Positions 1 through 9,578 are shown, counted from the first letter of the stretch. The stretch is DNA of 64,000 bases from an uncultured Candidatus Saccharibacteria bacterium (GCA_964623775.1 CAZUVH010000001.1:284784-348783); one strand, 5' to 3'. Numbers and translations: made by a program. The notes: generated by a model from the sequence alone, not told the origin.

Positions 1-2
1 GC

Positions 3-995
3 GTCGGCAACACACCCAAGCATTTCCAGGATTATGCCGCCGAGTTGAAATCAAGATTCCTCAAAAAGGGTGATTTTGTTGTCGAAGTCGGCGGGAATGA
101 CGGCGTACTTCTCGTGGAGCTTAAGGATGATATGAAAGTGCTCAACATTGAGCCGGCGAAAAACATCGCACCAATCGCGCGATCTCGCGGCGTGGATACG
201 CTCAACGAATTTTTCAATGAGGATATTGCAATAAAAGTTACGGAGAAATACGGTAAGGCAAAAGTCGTACTTGGTAACAACTCGATACCCCATATTTCCG
301 ATCAAGAGAGCGTTATGAAAGGTTTTAAGGAGTTACTTGCCCCTGATGGCGTCGGTGTCATCCAGGCCCACTATCTCGGGTATATACTCGAGGATCTTGG
401 GTATGGTGATATTTACCACGAGCACATGGCGTATTACGCGATGCTGCCGCTCGTGCCTTTTTACAAACGGCTCGGGCTTGAGATATTCGATTACGCGATG
501 AACGATTTTCACGGAGCTTCGATTCGTATCTATTTCGGACACGAGGGTAAGCACCCCGTTTCGCCAAAAGTCGCAGCACTCGTAGAAGAAGAAAAGAAGA
601 AGGGATGGGACAAGCTGGAAACGTATCAGAAGTTTGCGGAGGAAGTAGAGAAATCTAAAAATAAATTGGTCAAAACGCTCGCTGATCTCAAAAAGCAGGG
701 CAAGCATATCGCTGCGTATGGTGCGGCAGCAAAAGCGGTGCCAATTCTCAACTACGCCGGAATTACAGAAAAAGATGTCGAATTTTGCGTAGATGGCTTG
801 CCATCCAAACAAGGCCTTTGCATGCCAATGTCGCACATACCAATCATTTCGCCGGAGGAAGCATCGAAGCGCCAGGTGGATTACTATCTACTACTTGCGT
901 GGACGTTCCGTGATCACATTGCTGAGAAAGAAAAAGACTTCGTCGCGAAGGGCGGCAAATTCATCATGCCGATTGGCAACATCGAAATCTTCTAG
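3..995 (+). CDS. NDP-hexose C-methyltransferase-like SAM methyltransferase (5' partial)
   Basis: Frame is open from the window edge; VEVGGNDG SAM motif, IYHEH, YGAAAK and LLAW in the C-terminal C-methyltransferase domain; paralog of 44761..46035. Confidence 0.85.
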   Translation, partial: VGNTPKHFQDYAAELKSRFLKKGDFVVEVGGNDGVLLVELKDDMKVLNIEPAKNIAPIARSRGVDTLNEFFNEDIAIKVTEKYGKAKVVLGNNSIPHISDQESVMKGFKELLAPDGVGVIQAHYLGYILEDLGYGDIYHEHMAYYAMLPLVPFYKRLGLEIFDYAMNDFHGASIRIYFGHEGKHPVSPKVAALVEEEKKKGWDKLETYQKFAEEVEKSKNKLVKTLADLKKQGKHIAAYGAAAKAVPILNYAGITEKDVEFCVDGLPSKQGLCMPMSHIPIISPEEASKRQVDYYLLLAWTFRDHIAEKEKDFVAKGGKFIMPIGNIEIF

Positions 996-1040
996 TTGGA
1001 TTTCGTTTGCTCAGTTTGGTTAAACCATTATAGTTACTCA

Positions 1041-2198
1041 ATGAGAAGTGAGTTTCTTAGATTTGGGGCCCCGAAATTCGATAAAAAGGAAATCGCCGAG
1101 GTCGTGGATACGCTCAAAAGCGGGTGGGTGACGACGGGTCCCAAGACGCGGAAATTTGAAGAAGATTTTGGAACATACGTTGGGGTTTCGCATGCACTCG
1201 CGCTCAATTCTGGTACAGCCGCACTACATCTGGGACTTTTGGCTGCAGGTGTTGGGCCAGGGGATGAGGTCATCGTACCGGCGATGACATTTGGCGCATC
1301 GGCCAACACGGTCGTCCATTGCGGTGCCAAGCCCGTGTTTGTCGATTGCGAGCGCGACACGATGAATATCGACCCCACGAAAATTGAGGCCGCGATTACG
1401 GGCAAGACGAAGGTGATAATGCCTGTGCATATGGCCGGGCGTGCATGCGACATGGATGCGATATTCGCGATCGCCAAAAAACACAATTTGAAAGTCGTAC
1501 AGGATGCGGCACATGCCGTTGAGACCGAATACAAAGGGAAAAAAGTCGGGGCGTATGGAGATTTCGCCTGCTACAGCTTCCATGCGATCAAGAATCTCAC
1601 CACGGCTGAAGGCGGCATGCTCACGATGGAGGATGGGGCGACGTACAAAAAATGCAAGACGTTATCGCTGCATGGCATGAGTGTCGACGCACATGACAGG
1701 TATGGCACGTCAGGGTACAAGCACTATGAGCATGTGGAAGCAGGTTTTAAATACAACATGATGGACATCCAGGCCTCTCTTGGAATCCACCAGCTCGGGA
1801 AAATCGAGAAGAATTGGAAAAAGCGTCGGAAGATTTGGAACGCATACATGAAAGATTTGAGAGGTTTGCCAATCATTCTCCCCGCTCCCATCCGGAAAGA
1901 TGAGCGTCATGCATACCATATGTTTACGATACTTATCGATACCGATAAGACGGCCGTGACACGCGACCAGTTCTTGAATGAAATGGCGAAGCGAAATATT
2001 GGTACCGGCGTGCACTTTCGCGCCGTTCATTTACACCCGTATTATCGAAAGACGTACGGGTATAAAGAGGGAGATTTTCCCAACGCCGAATGGATCGGCG
2101 ATCGCACCGCATCAATCCCGATAATGCCGTATCTTTCGAAGCAAGATGTGACCGACGTCGTAGAGGCGATCAAGGATATTTTCTCCAAGAACACATGA
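1041..2198 (+). CDS. DegT/DnrJ/EryC1/StrS family PLP sugar aminotransferase
   Basis: SGWVTTGP, NSGTAALH, QDAAHA, SFHAIKNLTTAEGG motifs; start set at ATG 1041 behind a TATAGT box. Confidence 0.9.
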   Translation: MRSEFLRFGAPKFDKKEIAEVVDTLKSGWVTTGPKTRKFEEDFGTYVGVSHALALNSGTAALHLGLLAAGVGPGDEVIVPAMTFGASANTVVHCGAKPVFVDCERDTMNIDPTKIEAAITGKTKVIMPVHMAGRACDMDAIFAIAKKHNLKVVQDAAHAVETEYKGKKVGAYGDFACYSFHAIKNLTTAEGGMLTMEDGATYKKCKTLSLHGMSVDAHDRYGTSGYKHYEHVEAGFKYNMMDIQASLGIHQLGKIEKNWKKRRKIWNAYMKDLRGLPIILPAPIRKDERHAYHMFTILIDTDKTAVTRDQFLNEMAKRNIGTGVHFRAVHLHPYYRKTYGYKEGDFPNAEWIGDRTASIPIMPYLSKQDVTDVVEAIKDIFSKNT

Positions 2199-3349
2199 GT
2201 CCGGAACCCAGGAAAATAAAAGTCGCCTTGATGAGCTATGCGATGGATGGTCGTCAGGCAAAGGGGAGTGCACTCTCGACCCATAGGCTTGTCGAGAGAC
2301 TCGTTAAGAATCCTGAGCTTGAAGTGACACTCGTCCATTTCGACCCGAGCGACGACCCGCTCTACAAGCAGGCGAGAGAAATTATAATGCCCCAATTCAA
2401 ACTCCCGGCAGGCACCCGTTTTTTTCGTACACTCGCTTTTTTTTGGAAATATCGACACGAAGATTTCGATGTCATCCACTGGTTCCAGTCACGCGTATAT
2501 CCTTTCTTCTGGATGGCACCAGCTCGTAAAATCATCGTGACCGCGCATGCGGGCGGGGATATTACGTCCCCGGGCAAATTCCCGTTTTCTCGCAGAATGT
2601 TCAACTTCGTACTCAAACATTTCAACAATCGTGTCGATGCGCTTGTCGGGGTCTCGAATTTCGGCAGGGAGGAAATCATAGAGGCATATGGGGCAAATCC
2701 GGACAAAGTACACGCACTCATTCACTACAATGGCGGAGCGGAAGAATATAAGCCAATGGACAAAAAACAGGCGCTTGAACACATGCGAGAGAAACACAAT
2801 ATTAGTGGCCCATACATTCTCGATGTCTCGCGGCTCAGTCTTCACAAGAATGTAACGACGCTCATAAAAGCATATATATTGTTGCGAGATCAGTATCCCG
2901 ACCGAAGGGAGTTACTCGTCGTCGCGGGTGGGCCTGATAACGACGCAGAGGCAGTGTATGCACTCGCGCGTGACTCAAAATATGCGGCCGACATCCGCTT
3001 TATCGATTATGTCGCGCAGGAAGACATGAACGCACTTTATTCCGGCGCAGAAGTGTTCGCATTCCCGTCCCTGAGTGAAGGTTTTGGCATGCCGCTCATC
3101 GAGGCATTCGCCTCCGGTACGCCCATCGTGACATCCAATGTTGCTTCGCTGCCGGAAGTGGGCGGAGACGCCGTATTGCTGGTAGATCCAAAAAAATCTG
3201 AGGAACTCGCCAACGCGATACACAGGCTTTTAACAGATGACGATCTCCGAAAGTCATTGATCGAAAAAGGACTTGAGCGCTGTCGTGTATTTACATGGGA
3301 TTTGGCCGCTAAAGAAGTGAGTGATCTCTACAGGCACGTCGCCGGATGA
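2195..3349 (+). CDS. Glycosyltransferase family 4 (GT-B)
   Basis: FPSLSEGFGMPLIEAFASGTP motif; ATGA overlap with upstream stop. Confidence 0.9.
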   Translation: MSPEPRKIKVALMSYAMDGRQAKGSALSTHRLVERLVKNPELEVTLVHFDPSDDPLYKQAREIIMPQFKLPAGTRFFRTLAFFWKYRHEDFDVIHWFQSRVYPFFWMAPARKIIVTAHAGGDITSPGKFPFSRRMFNFVLKHFNNRVDALVGVSNFGREEIIEAYGANPDKVHALIHYNGGAEEYKPMDKKQALEHMREKHNISGPYILDVSRLSLHKNVTTLIKAYILLRDQYPDRRELLVVAGGPDNDAEAVYALARDSKYAADIRFIDYVAQEDMNALYSGAEVFAFPSLSEGFGMPLIEAFASGTPIVTSNVASLPEVGGDAVLLVDPKKSEELANAIHRLLTDDDLRKSLIEKGLERCRVFTWDLAAKEVSDLYRHVAG

Positions 3350-3380
3350 AGATGTCTGTGAATTGCTATATACTCACTCC

Positions 3381-3746
3381 ATGGAAATGCCGATATCGGA
3401 AATAATCGACCGGTGTAGTATTTTGCAGTTGAAGCGCGAGCGCTTGCCACTACACGATGCTTTGCAGAAAGAGTGTGAGCGTTTCGAGGCACATATTACC
3501 TCGCACCCCCTCCATCAAAGGATTAATGAACACTTGAAGACACTCAAAGAGGTGAATGGGAAAATTTGGGACCTTGAATCGGATATTCGTAAGGGAAAAG
3601 AGGGCGAATTGGGATTAGAGGAGGTCGGCCGCCGGGCACTTGCAATCCGTGATCTGAACGGTGAACGTATTCGACTAAAGAACGCGATTGCAGAAGAAAT
3701 GGGGGAATTTGGAGACGTCAAAGTCGACCACGCGAGTGATTCGTAG
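3381..3746 (+). CDS. Small helical hypothetical protein (DUF6165/DUF4254-like)
   Basis: SEIIDRCSIL...VNGKIWDLESDIR...RDLNGERIRLKNAI pattern; TATACT box 6 nt before ATG. Confidence 0.6.
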   Translation: MEMPISEIIDRCSILQLKRERLPLHDALQKECERFEAHITSHPLHQRINEHLKTLKEVNGKIWDLESDIRKGKEGELGLEEVGRRALAIRDLNGERIRLKNAIAEEMGEFGDVKVDHASDS

Positions 3747-3757
3747 ATGCGCTTCAT

Positions 3758-4708
3758 ATGACTCCCACCCCAGCCTCCTGTCCTCTGTGTAATGCGGAAG
3801 CGCCGAAAACTACTGGGCGCACGCACACCGATGGAGCGACAACGTACGCCCAATACGGCTGTGATGCCTGTCTTGTCCAATTTTGGTGGCCTCTTAAGAA
3901 TCCGGGAGCGGAATGGTATCGTACACACGAAAAATACGGCAATCGCAATGCAGATCCCGTGTGGAACGCAACGACGAACCACAAAAAAACGATGACGGTA
4001 CTTTCGAGACCCGGGGCCGTTCTTGATATCGGATGCGGTATCGGCAATTTCCTTTCTCTCGCGAAGGAGAAGGGGTGGCAGATAGCTGGTATCGACTTTG
4101 ATACGGATGCAATCGCATCTGCGAAAAAAGTGACAGAAGTCGACGATTTTGAGGCAGCAGATGTTGTTACATATGCCGCACGTCATCCAGATAGAAAATT
4201 CGACCTTGTGACATTTTTCGATGTTCTCGAACATGTCGATAATCACAATGAATTCATAGGATCGGTAAAATTACTTCTCAAGCCGGGCGGGCATATCGCC
4301 ATGAGCATGCCGTACCGCAAGCACGCACTGTGGCTCATGAGGGCAGATGTGCCGCCGATGCACCTTACGTGCTGGGATCGCGAATCACTGGAGCGCTTCC
4401 TCGATGCGCGGGGTTTTGATGTTGTGTATATGCGCCGTAGTTCCGAAGGTATATGGCCGATCATCATGAAGCTGCGCTTCAGGTACGGGAACTGGTCATC
4501 GCTCGGCGCGGTGAATGTGGCTCGCAAAGCATCAGGCAACTCGTCAGCCGGTCCACGTAATCGCCCACTGCTCGTCCGACTCGTACACATAGCCGCGAAA
4601 GCCAAAGACATTATCCTCTTTGGACTTCCTGCGCTTATTATCTGGCTTGTCATGCTGCCGAGTCCGAAGCGTTACATCGATCTTTTCGCGATTGCCAAGA
4701 TGCGTTGA
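3758..4708 (+). CDS. Class I SAM-dependent methyltransferase with N-terminal Cys motif
   Basis: CPLC...CDAC, VLDIGCGIG, FDVLEHV. Confidence 0.85.
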   Translation: MTPTPASCPLCNAEAPKTTGRTHTDGATTYAQYGCDACLVQFWWPLKNPGAEWYRTHEKYGNRNADPVWNATTNHKKTMTVLSRPGAVLDIGCGIGNFLSLAKEKGWQIAGIDFDTDAIASAKKVTEVDDFEAADVVTYAARHPDRKFDLVTFFDVLEHVDNHNEFIGSVKLLLKPGGHIAMSMPYRKHALWLMRADVPPMHLTCWDRESLERFLDARGFDVVYMRRSSEGIWPIIMKLRFRYGNWSSLGAVNVARKASGNSSAGPRNRPLLVRLVHIAAKAKDIILFGLPALIIWLVMLPSPKRYIDLFAIAKMR

Positions 4709-4739
4709 TTGAGCAGTTGTTGTACAGTGACCATACTTT

Positions 4740-5990
4740 ATGCGGTACACCGGAAAAATTCGGTTTGTCGATAGGTACATCGGCTCTATTGTGCTTTTTT
4801 TGTTTACGATCCTGCATTTTTTCCGTCGCGTCCCGAAAGATAGGAAGGTGCAAAATGTTCTCATAATCGAGCTGGTTGAGATGGCGGCAGCAGTCATGGG
4901 ATACGCTTCGGTATTACACATCAAGAAGCAGATACCCGATGCGCGTATATTCGTACTGTGCACTGAAAGTACAAAGGAGGCGTGGATGCTGCTCGACGGA
5001 ATCGATAAAGATGATGTCGTGACACTCGACAATAAAAGCACCCTGACACTTCTCGCATCTATCTGGCGAGCGACACATGCACTATCCAAAAAGAACATCG
5101 ATCTGATACTCGATTTCGAGCTCTTTACACGAATCTCGGCGATTCTCTCGCTGCTCATCAGGACGAAGCTGCGCGCGGGATTCTACGGCTATACGACAGG
5201 TGGGCTCTATCGCGGTAATTTCCTCGATGTGAAATGCAATTTCAACCAGAACATGCATATCAGTAAAAATCTGCTCGCACTCACAAAATCCGCGCTCGAT
5301 CCAAATCCGCAACACTACAATTGGGATGGTCCGATTTTAAATAGTGAAATTGTTGTTCCAGAATATGTATCCGATCCGGTGATGCGCGCAGAAGTAAAGA
5401 AGAAGGTCTATGAGGCAATAGGCGGCAATTCTGAGCACCTCATCGTACTCGCTCCTACTGTCGGTCAGATGCTCCCCATGCGCGATTATCCGAAGGAGAT
5501 GTATGTCGAAGTGATCAAGAAATTACTCGTCGTATATCCGATGCATCACATACTTCTCGTCGGTACCCCGTCCCATAGCGGAGTCGGTAGATTCATAGAA
5601 AAGGCGGTCAGTGCGAAGAAGTGTGTAAATTTCTGTGGCAAGACAGCTACTCTGCGTGAACTCCTAGAGCTCTTTTCCATGGCTGAGCTCCTCATCACCA
5701 ATGACAGTGGTAATCCGCATTTTGCGGCGATGGTCGGACTCAAAAACGTAGCGCTCTTCGGACCGGAGACACCTTTTATGTACGGACCTTTGGGCAAATC
5801 GGTCTGCCTTTTCGATTTTTTCCACTCGAGCCCGAGCATTACCTCATACAATCACAAGAATCCTCCGAGTGATTCCAATGCCTCATTGCGAAGCATCTCG
5901 CCTGAGCGCGTTGTGAAGACGGTGCAACTCCTGATGGAGGGTAATGCGAGATACGGGACGGTCAATAACGAGGTACCATATCTGCTTTAG
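4740..5990 (+). CDS. Glycosyltransferase family 9 (heptosyltransferase-like)
   Basis: LITNDSGNPHFAA...LFGPETP GT9 motif; adjacent to heptose genes. Confidence 0.85.
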   Translation: MRYTGKIRFVDRYIGSIVLFLFTILHFFRRVPKDRKVQNVLIIELVEMAAAVMGYASVLHIKKQIPDARIFVLCTESTKEAWMLLDGIDKDDVVTLDNKSTLTLLASIWRATHALSKKNIDLILDFELFTRISAILSLLIRTKLRAGFYGYTTGGLYRGNFLDVKCNFNQNMHISKNLLALTKSALDPNPQHYNWDGPILNSEIVVPEYVSDPVMRAEVKKKVYEAIGGNSEHLIVLAPTVGQMLPMRDYPKEMYVEVIKKLLVVYPMHHILLVGTPSHSGVGRFIEKAVSAKKCVNFCGKTATLRELLELFSMAELLITNDSGNPHFAAMVGLKNVALFGPETPFMYGPLGKSVCLFDFFHSSPSITSYNHKNPPSDSNASLRSISPERVVKTVQLLMEGNARYGTVNNEVPYLL

Positions 5991-5992
5991 GC

Positions 5993-6454
5993 AGGAATTT
6001 TCAATTTACAATTCTCAATTTCCAATCAATTTACAATGAAGGAAATTTCAAACAAAAAGACTTATGATCTTGAAGAGCGAACGGCCGTTTTTGGCGAGTC
6101 AGTCATTTTGCTTTGCAGGGAAGTAAAGCAGGACGCAATTACTAAGCCGCTAGTAAATCAGCTCGTTCGCTCCGCCACAAGTATTGGTGCAAATTACATG
6201 GAAGCGAACGGCGCTAGTTCGAAGAAAGATTTTGCCAACAAGATCTTTATCTGCAAAAAGGAGACTCAAGAGACGAAACATTGGCTACGAATGCTTGCAA
6301 CAAGTGTTCCAGTGTTGCGCGACGAGATTCGAAAGCTCTGGCAGGAATGTCAAGAATTAACCCTCATATTTCAGAAAATCGCATCTTCAAGCCGGTTGAA
6401 AAATTGAACATTTGACCTTCAATGAAAATTGAAAATTAAGAATTGAAAATTCCT
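5993..6454. mobile_element. Inverted-repeat-bounded cassette carrying a four-helix-bundle gene
   Basis: Perfect 14-bp IR AGGAATTTTCAATT (5993-6006) / AATTGAAAATTCCT (6441-6454), extended by AATTnnC heptamers on the left and GAAAATT heptamers on the right. Confidence 0.6.
6036..6407 (+). CDS. Four helix bundle protein (23S rRNA IVS / bAvd-like family)
   Basis: YDLEERT..F, QLVRSATSIGANYMEA, SKKDF, KETQETKHWL family signature. Confidence 0.9.
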   Translation: MKEISNKKTYDLEERTAVFGESVILLCREVKQDAITKPLVNQLVRSATSIGANYMEANGASSKKDFANKIFICKKETQETKHWLRMLATSVPVLRDEIRKLWQECQELTLIFQKIASSSRLKN

Positions 6455-6478
6455 CATGTTTTGAGGTACTATTAAAAC

Positions 6479-7372
6479 ATGAGGATTTTAGTCACGGGCG
6501 GTACAGGATTTATTGGCTCAAATATCGTCGAGGCGCTTATTGCGCGCGGCGATGAGGTATTGATCACGGGACACGACGCAGAGCAGCAACCAAAGGGATT
6601 TACCGGAAAATTCTTGCAACCGTCGCTCATCGGTATAGATTGGGATTCGATAGGATCCCTTGACGCCGTCATCCATGAGGCTGCGATCAACGAGACGCAA
6701 TCGAAGGACGAAAAGGAAATGATGCGTGCCAACGTGGATTCCTCACTCGCACTTTTTGAATATACTGTAAAAAATGGCTGCAAGCGAATTGTGTACGCAT
6801 CGTCGACAGCCGTATATGGTGACGGGCCGACACCATACAAGGAAGACCAAGAACTGCAGCCACTTACACCCTATGCCAAATCGAAGGCCAAACTTGACGC
6901 TGAAGTGAAGAAATTTGCCACAAATAATCCGTCCATAACAATCGTCGGTCTGCGGTATTGCAACGTCTATGGACCGGGCGAGTCACATAAAGGTAATCGC
7001 GCGAGCATGATCTACCAGCTGGCGCAGCAGATGAAAAAAGGAAATCCGCGACTTTTCAAATCTGGTGAACAAAAACGCGACTTTATTTATGTAAAGGATG
7101 TTGTCGTTGCAAACCTCCTGGCGCTCGAATCAAAAGAAAATGCCCTTGTAAATTGCGGCTCGGGCACTGCGTCATCGTTTAATGAGATTGTCGCGATTCT
7201 GAATACGGAAATGAATTTGAGTCGCGTTCCCGAATACTTTGACAATCCTATCGCTGCTACCTACCAAAACCACACCGAGTGTGACATGTCGCTTGCGGAA
7301 CAAAAGCTCGGCTTTATTCCCGCTTTCGATATTAAAAAGGGAATCAAGGATTACGTGGCCTCCGGTCTCTAG
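6479..7372 (+). CDS. hldD: ADP-L-glycero-D-manno-heptose 6-epimerase-like NAD-dependent epimerase
   Basis: GGTGFIG, YASSTAVYG, YAKSK, NVYGPGESHKG, RDFIYVKD; heptose cluster context. Confidence 0.75.
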   Translation: MRILVTGGTGFIGSNIVEALIARGDEVLITGHDAEQQPKGFTGKFLQPSLIGIDWDSIGSLDAVIHEAAINETQSKDEKEMMRANVDSSLALFEYTVKNGCKRIVYASSTAVYGDGPTPYKEDQELQPLTPYAKSKAKLDAEVKKFATNNPSITIVGLRYCNVYGPGESHKGNRASMIYQLAQQMKKGNPRLFKSGEQKRDFIYVKDVVVANLLALESKENALVNCGSGTASSFNEIVAILNTEMNLSRVPEYFDNPIAATYQNHTECDMSLAEQKLGFIPAFDIKKGIKDYVASGL

Positions 7373-7827
7373 TTGTTGAGGATCTTCTTGAGCACGTTGG
7401 TGGTTGATCGGCCCGGTACGACCTTCGCGAGGACGATCTTGCCGCCGGTTTTTTCGACAGCGTCTTTTTCAATAATTTGATCGATAGTGCGATCGCCGCC
7501 TTTTACATGCACATGAGGCTGAAGTTTGCCGAGCCATTCGATCGGCGTCGTTTCATCAAAAATGAAGACCGCGTCAACACACTTAAGAGAGGTAATGATT
7601 TCAGCACGCTCAAGCTCGGTGTTGATGGGGCGAGAGTCGCCTTTGTTGCGTTTGACCGATGCGTCAGAATTGACCCCGACGATCAGGATGTCACCATGGC
7701 GTTTGGCCTCTTCGAGGTAGCGGACGTGGCCGACATGGAGGATGTCGAAGCAGCCGTTGGTGGTCACGACGGTCATTTTATGGGCTTTTGCAGCCCTGGA
7801 GAGCGCCAATGCCGCCCTAAACGGCAA
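7369..7827 (-). CDS. rfaE2: D-glycero-beta-D-manno-heptose 1-phosphate adenylyltransferase (RfaE domain II); start uncertain
   Basis: TNGCFDILHVGH, VGVNSD, RPIN, VKGGD, STT motifs; plausible TTG start at 7827 after GGAG (ORF stays open to 7962). Confidence 0.85.
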   Translation of the reverse strand: MPFRAALALSRAAKAHKMTVVTTNGCFDILHVGHVRYLEEAKRHGDILIVGVNSDASVKRNKGDSRPINTELERAEIITSLKCVDAVFIFDETTPIEWLGKLQPHVHVKGGDRTIDQIIEKDAVEKTGGKIVLAKVVPGRSTTNVLKKILNN

Positions 7828-7887
7828 TACTTTCGCTCCAGACGATTTTGCGATACGCTTCGGGAATCGCGGCCTTCCCGCGCTCTT

Positions 7888-8475
7888 ATGGGCTCCAAAA
7901 GCACTATTTTTAACTCTGCGTTTCAACGTCATACAGATGTGGTGGCTCAAAGTATGCAACACATCATGTCGGATGTCGAGAAGTCCGGAAAGTTGCTTGT
8001 GACAGCGCTAAAGAGCGGAAAAAAGGTTTTGGTATGTGGCAATGGAGGCTCCGCTGCCGATAGCCAGCATCTCGCAGCCGAACTATCAGGCCGCTACAAG
8101 AAAGAACGAAAGGCATTAGCCGGAATCGCGCTCACGACTGATACGTCAGCACTTACGGCGATCGGAAACGACTATGGTTTTGAAAATATCTTTAAGCGTC
8201 AGATTGCAGCACTTGGTATGAAAGGCGATGTTCTTGTAGCTTTTTCGACGAGTGGTTCATCGCCCAATATACTCGCGGCGATTGCAGAGGCTCGCGCGTG
8301 CAAAATGAAAGTGATTGTACTCACGGGCATAAAAGGGAGGGGGCTACGCAAAAGTGTCGACGCTCTTATTTGCGTCCCTACCGAAGAAACTGCTCGTATC
8401 CAGGAGATACATGAACTTGTGTATCACTCATGGTGCGAATACATCGATTCAAAATTTCCAATTCCCAATTCCTAA
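7888..8475 (+). CDS. gmhA: Phosphoheptose isomerase (sedoheptulose-7-phosphate isomerase)
   Basis: CGNGGSAADSQH, TAIGNDYG, STSG, RIQEIH motifs; start at ATG 7888 chosen by typical length. Confidence 0.9.
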   Translation: MGSKSTIFNSAFQRHTDVVAQSMQHIMSDVEKSGKLLVTALKSGKKVLVCGNGGSAADSQHLAAELSGRYKKERKALAGIALTTDTSALTAIGNDYGFENIFKRQIAALGMKGDVLVAFSTSGSSPNILAAIAEARACKMKVIVLTGIKGRGLRKSVDALICVPTEETARIQEIHELVYHSWCEYIDSKFPIPNS

Positions 8476-8604
8476 TTTTCAATCAATTTACAATGAATCA
8501 AGCCTCAAACACATACCACTTAGGTCTAGTTGACGGACTCCTTGAGACATTAAAAATTGATAATTCAATGAAAATTGGAAATTAAAAAATTGAAAATTCT
8601 GAAC
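8447..8604. repeat. Internally deleted second copy of the heptamer-IR cassette
   Basis: CAATCAATTTACAATGAA identical at 6023-6040 and 8480-8497; right arm TTCAATGAAAATTG..AATTGAAAATTC near-identical to 6418-6452; about 60 bp between the arms. Confidence 0.75.
8493..8585 (+). pseudogene. Probable remnant of a four-helix-bundle gene (30 codons)
   Basis: ATG at the same position in the repeat as 6036; MNQASNTYHL resembles MKEISNKKTYDL. Confidence 0.4.
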
Positions 8605-8606
8605 CT

Positions 8607-9578
8607 ATGAAAAACGATCTCTCAAAACATTTCTCGCAATTTCCCAAGAAGAGGGTACTCGTCATCGGTGATGTAATGCTCGATGAATACATCGGGGGTA
8701 CGGCGGATCGTATCTCACCGGAAGCGCCGATACCGGTGCTTTTGCAGAAAACTGTACGCTACATCCTCGGCGGTGCTGGCAATGTGGCCGCCAATGTCGC
8801 ATCGCTTGGCGGAAAGGTCACTTTGCTCGGCATTGTCGGTAATGACGCGCGGAGTAAGAAACTCAGAGAGCTCTCGCGCGAAAAAAAGATCCAGCCGAAG
8901 TTTGTGAATGACGCAAAACGACCGACCACCACCAAGATCCGCTTTGTGGTCGGTCATCATCAGCTCGTGCGCATGGACATTGAGGAGACCCGATCAATCA
9001 GCGGGGACCTTGAAAACCGCGTCATCAAGGCAATTCGAGCTCTGCCGAAGCACGACATTGTTATCGTCTCGGATTACGCAAAAGGATGTATCACGAAGAA
9101 AGTAATGGATGAATTGCGAAAGAAATTTGGGGCGTCGTCGATTCTCGCCGATATGAAACCCGCGAACGCGCATTTTTTCAAGAATATTCTTGCGATCACA
9201 CCTAATCTAAAAGAGGCAGCCGAACTCACGGGTATTCACGCCACGAATAATGCGCTTGCCGATCGCACCGCAAAATTACTGCAGGAAAGTTTCAATACAT
9301 CCATTATCCTCACGCGCGGTGAGCATGGAGTGACAGTTCTTGAGAAGACCGCAGACAAGCCAGTGCATTTTGGCGCGGAACTCCTCACGGTACGCGATGT
9401 GACTGGCGCGGGCGATACACTCGTCGCTGCGTTTGCGCTCATGTATTCGACAGGAGTTCCATTTGTCGAAGCGGCGGAAGCGGCCAATTTTGCAGCGGGG
9501 ATCGTGGTAGGTGTCGGCGGTACGCACGCGCTCACGAGAAAGGAGTTTCAAAAAAGTTATGATAACTTTACATCATAA
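8607..9578 (+). CDS. rfaE1: D-glycero-beta-D-manno-heptose-7-phosphate kinase (RfaE domain I, PfkB family)
   Basis: GDVMLDEY, RISPEAPIPV, GGAGNVA, SDYAKG, TPNLKE, DVTGAGDT. Confidence 0.9.
   Translation: MKNDLSKHFSQFPKKRVLVIGDVMLDEYIGGTADRISPEAPIPVLLQKTVRYILGGAGNVAANVASLGGKVTLLGIVGNDARSKKLRELSREKKIQPKFVNDAKRPTTTKIRFVVGHHQLVRMDIEETRSISGDLENRVIKAIRALPKHDIVIVSDYAKGCITKKVMDELRKKFGASSILADMKPANAHFFKNILAITPNLKEAAELTGIHATNNALADRTAKLLQESFNTSIILTRGEHGVTVLEKTADKPVHFGAELLTVRDVTGAGDTLVAAFALMYSTGVPFVEAAEAANFAAGIVVGVGGTHALTRKEFQKSYDNFTS

Noticed and set aside
6036-6407. Diversity-generating retroelement (Avd-like gene)
   Set aside because: No reverse transcriptase and no TR/VR pair with adenine-specific mismatches seen.
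7477-7887. N-terminal extension of the 332-aa gmhA ORF
   Set aside because: Antisense shadow of rfaE2; GmhA similarity begins near ATG 7888.
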